From positions 32,001 to 96,000 of the IMG/VR virus record IMGVR_UViG_3300045988_147821: 64,000 nt of DNA, one strand, 5' to 3'. The position numbers were made by a program, and so were the translations under genes. A model generated the notes under the pieces. The model made no database searches. It saw only the letters and a list, made by a program, of their open reading frames with translations, and was not told the origin of the DNA. The DNA comes from a virus. Every line of letters begins with the position of its first letter. Position 1 is the first letter of the stretch. Positions 35,613-45,226 of the stretch are shown one piece after another.

Positions 35613-36074
35613 TTATACAAATATTGAGATACAAATTCCATCCTCATTTCCTACAAGAATAGAATGATCATCAAGTTCCTTGGCTGCAAAGTCATACATT
35701 TGCATATCTGAATGATGGGTTATTGATTTCACTCTCAAATGATTGCTTTCCCCATCGCCTGGAATACCCCATGTTTCAATACATTCCCCCTCACAAACAA
35801 AGGCAGGGCAGTAGGTGTCCATGTGTTCCAGCCGTAACGGCTGATCTTCCGTACAGATAAAATGGAATCCATTGTCAAATTCCATATCAATGATTTCAGA
35901 ACCCGCATAAGTAGGGAAAGCCGAACCCTCTATTGTGACAAGTTCACCGTTTCTGTCAAGTGCATATACCTGTACATAATCCTTTGTGTCAAGTTCCTCT
36001 ACGGGAACCATTTTCATATTACCGTCTATTAATGTAGCGATAAGTGTACCTTTGGCAAAACATTGTTTATTCAT
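35613..36074 (-). CDS. free-standing Hint (mini-intein-like) domain protein
   Basis: MNKQ then CFAKGTLIATLIDGNMKMVPVEEL (block A with Cys1), TEDQ in place of TxxH, MYDFAAKELDDHSILVGNEDG (block F-like). No terminal HN and essentially no exteins. Confidence 0.6.
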   Translation of the reverse strand: MNKQCFAKGTLIATLIDGNMKMVPVEELDTKDYVQVYALDRNGELVTIEGSAFPTYAGSEIIDMEFDNGFHFICTEDQPLRLEHMDTYCPAFVCEGECIETWGIPGDGESNHLRVKSITHHSDMQMYDFAAKELDDHSILVGNEDGICISIFV

Positions 36075-36083
36075 AACCTCTTT

Positions 36084-36416
36084 TTATTTACTTGGAAAAA
36101 TCAGACAAATAGGAAGGGAATCCATGCTACCCTGCACTTTCAATGCAAGATGCGTAAGGGGATTATGTGGTGCCTTTCTCCTTACTTCTTTCATGATGGA
36201 TGCAAACTTATCCTTGTCCATCATCAGTTTCATGGGCTGTGGAACGTATTCACTGTTTTCTTCCATTTTCATTCTTTCCGCTTGAAGATGGAGCGACAGT
36301 ATTTCCCCGTCCGGCATTATCTCTTCAAGTTCCTTGATATCATTGGCACATACCACGCTTGTACCGATTTTCCCCTCTTTCGTGAATATGGGGATGTAAA
36401 GTTTCGTCTTTTTCAT
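36084..36416 (-). CDS. hypothetical protein
   Basis: 110-aa ORF. Confidence 0.5.
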   Translation of the reverse strand: MKKTKLYIPIFTKEGKIGTSVVCANDIKELEEIMPDGEILSLHLQAERMKMEENSEYVPQPMKLMMDKDKFASIMKEVRRKAPHNPLTHLALKVQGSMDSLPICLIFPSK

Positions 36417-36682
36417 GCTGGTTTTCTTATGAATTTACTACTGAATACTTTTGCTTTCTCAATATTCCATTCTTTCCTATGGCAATAATCCATAATCTTA
36501 TTCTCTATCACTTTCTCTTGTCCTGGCTGTTCCATAAATGCACTTACCTTTATGGAAGTCCTTCCGAATCTGACAGCTATTATGTTATCCGACAGAAGTT
36601 CTTCCATTATCCTTTTCATGGACGGTTTGGCAGGAAATCCGAAATACAGGATGAACTGGTATTCAAACAGATTATGCGCCAT
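36413..36682 (-). CDS. hypothetical protein
   Basis: 89-aa ORF, ATGA-coupled. Confidence 0.5.
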   Translation of the reverse strand: MAHNLFEYQFILYFGFPAKPSMKRIMEELLSDNIIAVRFGRTSIKVSAFMEQPGQEKVIENKIMDYCHRKEWNIEKAKVFSSKFIRKPA

Positions 36683-36956
36683 AAGGGTTGACTATTTTAT
36701 CAAACAATTCTATTGCTTCGTTCTTAATGAACTCTACATCATTGTCTGCATCACATTCGATAGATTCATTGCCTTGCAGGAAAACATTCCATTCCTTAAT
36801 GGTAATAAACCACTTGAACCAAAGGAACTTTCTCTGAACCTGTACCTTTGTAATGCACGCATATTCATGTCCTGCAATGTAGTCAAAATAAATATGTTCC
36901 TCAAATGTGGCACGGAACCGTTTGCCGCCACATTCGCCTTCTTTTAATACAATCAT
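36672..36956 (-). CDS. hypothetical protein
   Basis: 94-aa ORF. Confidence 0.5.
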   Translation of the reverse strand: MIVLKEGECGGKRFRATFEEHIYFDYIAGHEYACITKVQVQRKFLWFKWFITIKEWNVFLQGNESIECDADNDVEFIKNEAIELFDKIVNPYGA

Positions 36957-37453
36957 AAATCCCTAATTCTTTCGTTATCATTAAATTTCTTATAATTGGC
37001 AAGTCCGTCCGCTATATTGTTCCCCACTGCATCATCACTTACCTCATCCTTTTGGTGTGAACCTCCCTTAAGCCACATTATCCCTACTTTTGCAAGCGGA
37101 TGGTTTCGTAACTGCAACAGGATTTCATTCCACAAATCGGAATTGCTGTAATCCGTTGTAATATTCTTTCCATCATTAAGACATCGTGATATATGATGAT
37201 TCATGAACTTTACTACAAATTCAGAATCGCATACTATCCTGGCCTTGATAGGATTACCCTTTGGAAGCAACTCCAAAGCGTTTACAATTGCCCTCATTTC
37301 CATTCTTGGAGTTGTGGTGTTACAATACCCTTCCCGAAAAAAAATCTCTTCTCCTGTGGTCTTATTTACCATGTAGACACCACATCCGCCAAGACGGCTC
37401 TTTGAATTGCATGAACCGTCCGTGTAAATATCCCATACATACCTTTCAATCAT
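36953..37453 (-). CDS. rnhA: ribonuclease HI
   Basis: IYTDGSC..GGCGVY, MEMRAIVNALE, CDSEFVV and NNIADGLA correspond to the D-E-D-D catalytic core of RNase HI. Confidence 0.8.
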   Translation of the reverse strand: MIERYVWDIYTDGSCNSKSRLGGCGVYMVNKTTGEEIFFREGYCNTTTPRMEMRAIVNALELLPKGNPIKARIVCDSEFVVKFMNHHISRCLNDGKNITTDYSNSDLWNEILLQLRNHPLAKVGIMWLKGGSHQKDEVSDDAVGNNIADGLANYKKFNDNERIRDL

Positions 37454-39137
37454 CCGATCTCCTCCTTATCCTGTCAATTATACACTGATTGAAGTCCTTG
37501 AACTCCGTACCCTCAAAACTTCCTTTGTTGATAGAATCGGCCACCATAGCTTTCTTCTGCAACATATCCCATTGCATCTTGTCAATGGTTTCGGAACACA
37601 TTAGATGCAATACGGTGATATTGTTTTTCTGCCCGGATCGTTCAAGACGTGATTTTGCCTGTTCCATCATATCGGGGGTATCGGGATATTCAATGAAAGC
37701 CATTGTATCACATACTTTCTGCAATCCGTCAACACCTGTTCCGATTGTCTGTATATTGGCAAACAGGAACTGTTTGTCACCGAACTCTTCTATTTTCTTC
37801 TGTTTGGTTTGCAGATTATCATCACCTGTTATGATTACAGAGGATTTCATAAATTCCACCCACAACCTTTTCAAAGGTTCTTTTCGTATTCCAAACACAA
37901 GCATCTTGGAATCTGCATTCGCTTCCGCCCATTCCTGCAAGAACTTTACAATAAAATCCATTTTCCCGTTTAGGGAGATTTCTTTCAGCACGGACAGAAG
38001 AACAAGACTTTGTGCTCCCATGGCACTTTCGGCCCTTTCACTGTCTATTCCCGACAGATAGGATATAAGGTCATTTTCAGCCTTCCTATATTCCCTCATG
38101 TTCTTGAAGTCACATTCAACGTATGTGTCCGTAATAGGAGGAAGGTCTTTCAATATATCCCGTTTTTCCTTGGATATGTAACAGTAATGGGAAAGGACCT
38201 TGTTAAGTTCCTCCGTATTACTGTGACCGTCTATGTTCTGTCCGAAAAAGGTCATTTTACGGTTACAGTACCTGTCATAATAGAACTGCAAATCGGGAAA
38301 CAAATCGGTGAACCGTCCTAATATCTTAAGGATTGATATAAGTTCCTTTGGACGTGATTGCACCATTGTTCCCGACAACCCCTGTGCGACGGGAATCTTT
38401 GAAACAATCTTTTTCACGGCCTTGGAGCGCATCGCATCACCCGACTTACAGAAGTGTATCTCGTCAATGATTGCCAGTTGGAATTTCTTTTTCTTGAACT
38501 CCTTGTCAAACCGTAACTGAATACCTTTCTTCTTGGCTTTCTCGCCCCTTGCATAGAGATATTCATAGTTTATCACTATCACATCGGCAGAAAAATCATG
38601 TTCCTTATCTGTGGCATCAATGATTGATACGGTACGATTGGGATTTATCTCGTTCCATTCACGTTTCCATCCCGCCTTGACGGTGGACGGACATATCACA
38701 AGTACAGGAAACTCCCCGCATATCTCGGCATAATAGATTTCGGTAAGTGTCTTGCCGCATCCGCATCCAAGGCCGCAGATACTGTTTCCGTGGTTTATCT
38801 GATAGGTGATGGCTTCCACCTGATACGGACGCGGATTCTTGTTCAATCCCATTGTCCGTGACATCATTCCTACTTCTTCCTCCGTATATTCATCCCTGTG
38901 CGGACGAAGTTCTATGTCGGATGGAGGTGTGAATCTGCCCTCTACAAGACCTTCTTTCTGAATGAACTGTTTTATTCTCTGTATGTTGGTTATCGTAGCT
39001 TCCACATACCATTCCTTGTTGGCGTTGTTCAGCTTACATTTAAGCACGTCACTAAGATAGAAGGTCATTTGTGTGGTATAGGGAAGTCCGAAATGATACC
39101 AATTGCCCTCCCTATAAAAATACTTGTCAGGTTTCAT
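37446..39137 (-). CDS. SNF2-family DNA helicase/translocase
   Basis: GLGCGCGKT (motif I), IIDEIHFCKS (DExH), TGVDGLQ and QAKSRLERSGQ (motifs V/VI). Confidence 0.8.
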   Translation of the reverse strand: MKPDKYFYREGNWYHFGLPYTTQMTFYLSDVLKCKLNNANKEWYVEATITNIQRIKQFIQKEGLVEGRFTPPSDIELRPHRDEYTEEEVGMMSRTMGLNKNPRPYQVEAITYQINHGNSICGLGCGCGKTLTEIYYAEICGEFPVLVICPSTVKAGWKREWNEINPNRTVSIIDATDKEHDFSADVIVINYEYLYARGEKAKKKGIQLRFDKEFKKKKFQLAIIDEIHFCKSGDAMRSKAVKKIVSKIPVAQGLSGTMVQSRPKELISILKILGRFTDLFPDLQFYYDRYCNRKMTFFGQNIDGHSNTEELNKVLSHYCYISKEKRDILKDLPPITDTYVECDFKNMREYRKAENDLISYLSGIDSERAESAMGAQSLVLLSVLKEISLNGKMDFIVKFLQEWAEANADSKMLVFGIRKEPLKRLWVEFMKSSVIITGDDNLQTKQKKIEEFGDKQFLFANIQTIGTGVDGLQKVCDTMAFIEYPDTPDMMEQAKSRLERSGQKNNITVLHLMCSETIDKMQWDMLQKKAMVADSINKGSFEGTEFKDFNQCIIDRIRRRSDD

Positions 39138-39145
39138 TTTTCAAT

Positions 39146-39544
39146 TCAAACTTTATCGAACCAAGCCGTATCTTTCTCCCAGTAGAGAAGCCAGTCTTTC
39201 CATCTGTGACCGTCTTTCCCTACCTTTCCGTTACAGAAGTTTCCGCACGAACGCTTTACCATACCAAGACATTTCTCACAATCGACACAGGCATCGAATC
39301 TTAGGAATTTCTTGGTATGGATATTAATGGCTATTACTGATTTTATCCTGTTTCTCATACCAATATATTTTCCTTCTCTGATACATTTCCTTCTTGTCTT
39401 TGCAAGACTTTTCCTGTTTATGGCCCTCTGGGCATCCGTCACCCTTCTGCCTTTTGCGGCCTGGTTCCCTTTAATAAACTTCTTTGTTATAGCATCTCTG
39501 TCAAAGCGTGGGATATCTACCCACAATTCATCCCTTATCGGCAT
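39146..39544 (-). CDS. homing-endonuclease-like DNA-binding protein lacking a nuclease domain (NUMOD-like)
   Basis: GNQAAKGRRVTDAQRAINRKSLA (NUMOD3-like) and IAINIHTKKFLRFDACVDCEKCLGM...NGK (IENR1/NUMOD1-like). No GIY-YIG or HNH catalytic motif was seen. Confidence 0.4.
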   Translation of the reverse strand: MPIRDELWVDIPRFDRDAITKKFIKGNQAAKGRRVTDAQRAINRKSLAKTRRKCIREGKYIGMRNRIKSVIAINIHTKKFLRFDACVDCEKCLGMVKRSCGNFCNGKVGKDGHRWKDWLLYWEKDTAWFDKV

Positions 39545-41477
39545 AAATCATTTCCATAAATTCTTCTTTCGACATAATACGTGTTCCGTATTTTCTCGCC
39601 CGTTGCGCTTTGGACGAATTTGAATCCCTTTCTAACGTGACAAGCAAGTCTGTTGTTTTTGTGAGCGAAGAAACTTCTTCCCATCCTCTTTTGTACGCTT
39701 CTTCCGAAAGTTCCTTGTCACGGAAGCCGGACATCACAAAAGTAGGCATATTTGACTTTTCCTTCATGTATATCCCCACGTTCCACAACAGAAAATCATC
39801 ACGGTGATAGAACTCCACAACCCCTTTTCTGAATGCCACCGCAATTTCATTGCCGACACCCTTTATCTGTACCAATGAACTTTCCACCATATCAGGTTCT
39901 CTTAGGCACTTTTCATAGAGATTATCCATATCATCCGTAGTCTTTATTCCCATCGCATCAATGATATTCTGGCACGTTTTCTCTCCTATCTGTCCATGAT
40001 AACAGTTGAGGGCCGTTGTAAGTTGCGACCATGATTGCGAATTATCCAGGATGTTGTTGAACTGTTTTCTAAGGGATGATATTGTTTCGTTTCCTATTCC
40101 GTTAATCTTCATCATCCTGTCCGCAGACGCTTCCACGATATCGGAAACGGATTTCAATCCATAATCAAAGAACTTCTTTATGGTAGGTCTGCCAAAATCC
40201 TCTACTTTCATTATAGAGAAGAAATAGACGATTTCAGAGAGTGCCTTTCCGTCACATTCGGGATTGGAACAACGAAGTGTTATGCCTTTTGAATCCCATA
40301 CGGTCTTTTCGCTGCATATAGGGCATACACTGGGGATAGGGTCTGTTCCCGAATTGAAATGTAATGTTTGCAAGTGTTTGGGAATAACATCTCCCGAACG
40401 GCATATCACAACTTCCGCACCTTGACAGCAATGGTTTTCCTTCACATACCTTGCATTGTAGAGGGTACATCTTTCAACGGTTGCACCGCATAAGTCAACA
40501 GGCTCTATCAGTCCGACAGGACACAAAACACCGTCTTTTGACACTTCCCATTCTATATCATGGAGAATCGTTTCTTCGCGTTCTGACCATTGAGGATCTT
40601 TGTATGCAATCGCATATCGTGGATTCCCATTAGGAAGCCTGCCAAGATTCTGTCTTGTTGTGGAACGGTTGACTTCTATGACAATACCGTCACATTTGAA
40701 TTGCGGTGCAAGTGTCCTGTATAGATGATCGAAGTATTTGGAAAGTTCCTCTGCATCGGATTTAAGGATATCCACTGCATTTACTGTGACATAGGAAGTC
40801 TTTATTCCACCGAATATACTTTCATTTATATAGTCAAGCTGACTTTCCTTGCTCCACTCTTCCCTGTCTGTTCCATAACGGATATACTTCACATCTCCTA
40901 GGAACACCGAAAGTTCTTCCGCATTCAAGATACCTCCTACTGCATTCCGGGCAGCTTTGTAGTTTGTTCCAGGCTTTATTTCACGTAAGAAGTTTTCCTG
41001 CTCGAATATGGCTTCACCGAATGTATAGGTAACTTCATCACATTCATCATCACCCTCATATATATCCCACGCACTGTTTCCCATCATCTCAAAATGACCT
41101 GTACAGTTCTGCCCATAGGTTCCGTCACCACGTGTCCATGCGTTGCCTTCCTTTTCATTTACACAAAGAGATATACCGTCATATTTCGCTGTAATGACAA
41201 GTACATCATCATCTTTAAGGCCGCATGACATTATCCATTTTACAACTTCCTGTGGCGTTTTCACTTTTTCCAATGAAAACATGGGGATAGGAAGTTTCTC
41301 CTTTCTTGTTGCCGGAACTTTATCCTGTATTCCCTTTGAAAACCATGGATTGCCAGGATTCATCTGCCTTAATTGCCCCACAAGATTGTCAAATGTATCA
41401 TCGCTTACCTGTGGATCTCCCTCCCTATAACTATCGTTAAGGGAGCGGATTTTCATTTCAAGTTCCTTTTCTGTCAT
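39528..41477 (-). CDS. ligA: NAD-dependent DNA ligase
   Basis: Adenylation motif ITAKYDG (KxDG), Cys4 zinc finger CPICSEK...CSNPEC, HhH region and C-terminal BRCT-like FVMSGFRDKEL. Start taken at MTEKELE (41477), ATGA-coupled to the upstream stop. Confidence 0.9.
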   Translation of the reverse strand: MTEKELEMKIRSLNDSYREGDPQVSDDTFDNLVGQLRQMNPGNPWFSKGIQDKVPATRKEKLPIPMFSLEKVKTPQEVVKWIMSCGLKDDDVLVITAKYDGISLCVNEKEGNAWTRGDGTYGQNCTGHFEMMGNSAWDIYEGDDECDEVTYTFGEAIFEQENFLREIKPGTNYKAARNAVGGILNAEELSVFLGDVKYIRYGTDREEWSKESQLDYINESIFGGIKTSYVTVNAVDILKSDAEELSKYFDHLYRTLAPQFKCDGIVIEVNRSTTRQNLGRLPNGNPRYAIAYKDPQWSEREETILHDIEWEVSKDGVLCPVGLIEPVDLCGATVERCTLYNARYVKENHCCQGAEVVICRSGDVIPKHLQTLHFNSGTDPIPSVCPICSEKTVWDSKGITLRCSNPECDGKALSEIVYFFSIMKVEDFGRPTIKKFFDYGLKSVSDIVEASADRMMKINGIGNETISSLRKQFNNILDNSQSWSQLTTALNCYHGQIGEKTCQNIIDAMGIKTTDDMDNLYEKCLREPDMVESSLVQIKGVGNEIAVAFRKGVVEFYHRDDFLLWNVGIYMKEKSNMPTFVMSGFRDKELSEEAYKRGWEEVSSLTKTTDLLVTLERDSNSSKAQRARKYGTRIMSKEEFMEMIYADKG

Positions 41478-41800
41478 GGCTGTGACGGATATCTGTAATC
41501 GTAACTTGTCTTTTCCACCTTTATCCACTTGATAAGATTGTTGAACTGAATCGTTTCCACATCCAACGTCAGTTCAATGCGCAGGAACTCCATGGAATTT
41601 ATCCATGTTCCGCTCTGAATAAGTGAAGTCACGTTCTTCACGTCCTGCAATTCATTGATAGGGAAATCCCGTCTTTCATAATTGAACACTCCTTTCTCGA
41701 TACTGAACACACAAGGTTGATCGGGAAAGAAAACAAGAAGCAGTGGTTTGCCTATATGCTTCACCGCTTCTTTCACATTGTGATAGTTGATTTCGTACAT
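41474..41800 (-). CDS. hypothetical protein
   Basis: Start taken at MYEINYH (41800), because the ORF-track ATG at 41833 lies inside the TATCTTTG -7 box (41831..41838). Confidence 0.5.
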   Translation of the reverse strand: MYEINYHNVKEAVKHIGKPLLLVFFPDQPCVFSIEKGVFNYERRDFPINELQDVKNVTSLIQSGTWINSMEFLRIELTLDVETIQFNNLIKWIKVEKTSYDYRYPSQP

Positions 41801-41904
41801 TTTTAATTCAAAATTATAGGTTATCGGATGCAAAGATAACCGTTTTCTGTTTATTCATGCCCTAATCACCTCACTTTTTATAAAAATGTTTTTATGTTTT
41901 ATAA

Positions 41905-41936
41905 CATAAAAATAGGGAGTTAGTTGCCCAACTCCC
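41905..41936 (-). terminator. intrinsic terminator
   Basis: On the minus strand, GGGAGTT-8 nt-AACTCCC is followed by TATTTTTAT. Confidence 0.6.
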
Positions 41937-41949
41937 TTAAAACCAGTCA

Positions 41950-42324
41950 TTAACGGTATCTGTAATTCATCGTATCTTTTATGATTGCTTTTTTTACCGC
42001 TTCTTTCCTTGCTGCACCCTCTTCTCTCTTGTAGGCTTCCTTGTACCTTTTATGAAGAACCTGCTTTTTCCCTGCATCATCAAGTGAAGAGAATGGAGAT
42101 CCACTGAATCCCTCACCCGGAGCAAGCGATATGTCGGGTACTTCTTCCAATCTATCTTCATAGGAAACAGGTTTACGACAATGAGAGCAATCCGGCTGGT
42201 CCAACCATTTCTTTTCACCTGTGGAACTGTATCCCCATCGTGTTGAACCTGCATAATGTTCTTTCTTGTATTCAGGACAATCAGGATTGTCACACCAATA
42301 CACCGTTTTCTCAACCTTAGCCAT
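41950..42324 (-). CDS. zinc-ribbon protein, function unknown
   Basis: CDNPDCPEY ... CSHCRKP Cys pairs. Confidence 0.5.
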   Translation of the reverse strand: MAKVEKTVYWCDNPDCPEYKKEHYAGSTRWGYSSTGEKKWLDQPDCSHCRKPVSYEDRLEEVPDISLAPGEGFSGSPFSSLDDAGKKQVLHKRYKEAYKREEGAARKEAVKKAIIKDTMNYRYR

Positions 42325-42637
42325 GACTACCTCCTATATCTTCCAAAAAGTCAACCTTATGCACTCTCTCAACTGTATAATAGTCTACAATCGTTTCCTT
42401 TTTGTCTTTCCATTTGATACCCACAACTTTCATCACGTTCACCACAACAGCGTTTCTTCCAAGGACAGCGATATAATCATCTATTTCATAGTCACTTCCG
42501 TCTTGAACTATCAGATCATATCCGGCTTCTTTCATTACCTCCTTGAATGATTCGGGTGTCAGCCCTCTCTCGTAATTGTAAACCATGCTTCCACGAAGAT
42601 TGTCGAAGTTGGTATAGATTTTTTGCAGTTTCTTCAT
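42317..42637 (-). CDS. hypothetical protein
   Basis: 106-aa ORF. Confidence 0.5.
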   Translation of the reverse strand: MKKLQKIYTNFDNLRGSMVYNYERGLTPESFKEVMKEAGYDLIVQDGSDYEIDDYIAVLGRNAVVVNVMKVVGIKWKDKKETIVDYYTVERVHKVDFLEDIGGSHG

Positions 42638-42650
42638 ATTATGTAAAAGT

Positions 42651-43187
42651 TTATCCTATCTTACGCTTGGCGTACAGGGCCATACACAATGAATCAGCCT
42701 TGTTATCATCATCATTCTTACATTTTCCCGTGCGTCTTAGGTCAATTCCGGGAAACACACGTTTGCACGCCATGATAGAGCATCTTTTGGTGTCAAGGAG
42801 TTTTGTTTTTCCTGTACTGGAGGTTTTATAGACGTGTATTCCTTGGAATATGTCTTTCTGCCATTTCTTGGCCTGTACCTTTGTATAGGGTAGTCCAAGA
42901 GCGGCAACAACGGCTTCCGTAGCCATTGCAAGTCCTCCCAATTTGAATGTAGAAGATGCGGACGCTCCAAAGAGTGCATGCAAATCCTCCATTACCACAT
43001 GACAATTCCCTTCATATTTGGCAAGACGCATAAGTTTGTTTACCAATTCGGTACATTCGCAATTACTCGGATTGTCGAACAACCAAAATTGTTCAAGTAT
43101 ATCCTCATCCTCATCTATTACCGACACAAACCCTTTTGAACCGATGTCTATGCCTATGAATTTCTTTACTTCCTTTGCCATTATCAT
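42651..43187 (-). CDS. RuvC-like Holliday junction resolvase
   Basis: FIGIDIGSKG (first Asp), VVMEDL, and C-terminal DDDNKADSLCMALYA, as in the RuvC/RNase H-fold resolvase D-E-D-D arrangement. Confidence 0.65.
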   Translation of the reverse strand: MIMAKEVKKFIGIDIGSKGFVSVIDEDEDILEQFWLFDNPSNCECTELVNKLMRLAKYEGNCHVVMEDLHALFGASASSTFKLGGLAMATEAVVAALGLPYTKVQAKKWQKDIFQGIHVYKTSSTGKTKLLDTKRCSIMACKRVFPGIDLRRTGKCKNDDDNKADSLCMALYAKRKIG

Positions 43188-45226
43188 TCAAATTTTACAT
43201 TAGCAATTCCATTATCCTTCGTAACCACGATACTCCGTATATTGTCACGAACACGACTTATCTGTGTGGTAATCAGACAGGGCTGTTTCAGGAACTCCAA
43301 CGAACGGATAATATTCTCTATTCCCATCGGATCGGAAGCATCCAGCACTTCATCCACATATAGAAAGTGAAGTCCTCCCCACGGATTGGTAGTATTAATC
43401 ATGGATTGTACCGCAAGAATCATGGCTATTTCCGCTCTTGCACGCTCTCCACCCGAATAATACCAATATGTTTCCATCTCATCACGGAAAATATAGGGTG
43501 TCAGTTCCTCTTTCATCTTCCCTTTGGAATCAAGTTTGAACGCTTCTATTATGATTCTCAAATCAGAATCCATGGCATCCAATGTATCGTTCGCTTCCGC
43601 CTGAATATTCTTTATCTGCTCCACAGCAAGATACATCTTGAACTCCTTGAAACGCGCATACCATCTTTCGGTATTTTCACGTTCAACATTCAATGCAAAT
43701 ATATCATTTTTAATTTTTTCAATCAGTCTTTCCTCTTGGTTTATATTCTCAATTATGGGTTTTTGAAGGTCAGCCAGATTATCAAGCGGCTTCTCTCTCA
43801 AATCATCCAATTCCTGTACGTGACGTTTGATTGAATCATTGTACACATCAATATCCTTGTTGTGGTTTTCAATCTGCATGATCATTCTTTCTATCACACT
43901 GTCGGCTGAATCATGTTCACGTTTCCAATAGGAAAGATTCTGTTCTTTCTGTGAGATTTTATCCTCTATTGTCTTGAATCTTGTCTTTGCATTGTTCAAA
44001 TCAGTTCTTATCTCTGAAATTGCAGTAGAATATTCGGAAAGAATGGAATCGTATTCGGAAATTGACGAAATGATCTTGTCCATCTTTTCCGAATATTCGT
44101 TTATGGATTTCAATACCTCTTTCTTTCTCTTTTCCGTTTCCTTCAATGTGGTTCCTTCTTCCAATAGGAACCTATGGCCGCATTCAGGACAGATTATTGC
44201 ACCTTCAAGAGTTGTATTAAGACGTGTAAGCATTGACTTGTATTTGGCAATTTGGGATTCTATCTTGTACTTATCATCAGTCTTTCCCGACTTCTCCGAT
44301 TTAACTCCGTCAACTTCCTTTTGAATCTCATCGGCTATCTCCTTCTGTGTTTCAACAAATGCGGACGCTTCTTCAAGTTTATTTCTTTCATTAATAAGTT
44401 CTGATTCAGCGTTTTTTATGTTTTCGTTTAAGGATAGCTTCAACGTTTTCTTATCTTCTATCGCCTGCTTTAGTTCCTCTATTTTTATTTGGGATAATTC
44501 TATCTTCTTTTTATCCGACAGAATCCTGTTTTCTATTAGGAATAATTCCTGTTCACGCTGTTCTTTTAGATGATCTACGGACATATTGTCAAGTTGTTCG
44601 CTGTAAACTTCCATCTTACTTTCGGATGCAACAATCTTGTTTTCGAGAGAACGGATTTCCATTTCCAATTTCCTTACCTTGCCGTCAATAATCTCTTTTG
44701 TCTTGTCTATGTCATTGAAATTGATAAAACGGCTTATCAACGCCAATTTATCCGTATTGGATGAAGTAAAGAATGACTTATAATTTTCCTTGGATATGAT
44801 GTAATAGGTCTTTGCATCTTCGGCCGTTATACCCAACCATGCGGATATTATCTTGTTCCCCTCATTGATTGTACCATAAGGTTTCTCCACTCCATTGAAT
44901 GTAATGGATAGAGTTGCCGAACCCTTGATAGGAATGGTTCTTCTTACAATCATTTCCACATTTCTTGCAGGACATACTATTGACACCTCAACTTCCGCCT
45001 TGTCCGTTCCACGTCTTACCAGCTTCCTGTCCAGATTCTTTCTTAGGTTGTCACCGTAAATCGCATAGAACAGGGCATGAAGTATGGCTGATTTTCCGGC
45101 ACCATTGGATTGCTGCCCTTCATCCGTATTGTTTATCCCTATGATTGCCATAGGGATATTTTTAAAGTCAATGGTAGCTTCTTCTATTGAACAGAAGTTC
45201 TTTATATACAAACTAGTTATTCTCAT
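43184..45226 (-). CDS. sbcC: SbcC/Rad50-like ATPase
   Basis: Walker A NGAGKSAIL, long coiled coil with CPECGH zinc hook, signature YYSGGERA, Walker B FLYVDEVLD. Confidence 0.85.
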   Translation of the reverse strand: MRITSLYIKNFCSIEEATIDFKNIPMAIIGINNTDEGQQSNGAGKSAILHALFYAIYGDNLRKNLDRKLVRRGTDKAEVEVSIVCPARNVEMIVRRTIPIKGSATLSITFNGVEKPYGTINEGNKIISAWLGITAEDAKTYYIISKENYKSFFTSSNTDKLALISRFINFNDIDKTKEIIDGKVRKLEMEIRSLENKIVASESKMEVYSEQLDNMSVDHLKEQREQELFLIENRILSDKKKIELSQIKIEELKQAIEDKKTLKLSLNENIKNAESELINERNKLEEASAFVETQKEIADEIQKEVDGVKSEKSGKTDDKYKIESQIAKYKSMLTRLNTTLEGAIICPECGHRFLLEEGTTLKETEKRKKEVLKSINEYSEKMDKIISSISEYDSILSEYSTAISEIRTDLNNAKTRFKTIEDKISQKEQNLSYWKREHDSADSVIERMIMQIENHNKDIDVYNDSIKRHVQELDDLREKPLDNLADLQKPIIENINQEERLIEKIKNDIFALNVERENTERWYARFKEFKMYLAVEQIKNIQAEANDTLDAMDSDLRIIIEAFKLDSKGKMKEELTPYIFRDEMETYWYYSGGERARAEIAMILAVQSMINTTNPWGGLHFLYVDEVLDASDPMGIENIIRSLEFLKQPCLITTQISRVRDNIRSIVVTKDNGIANVKFE

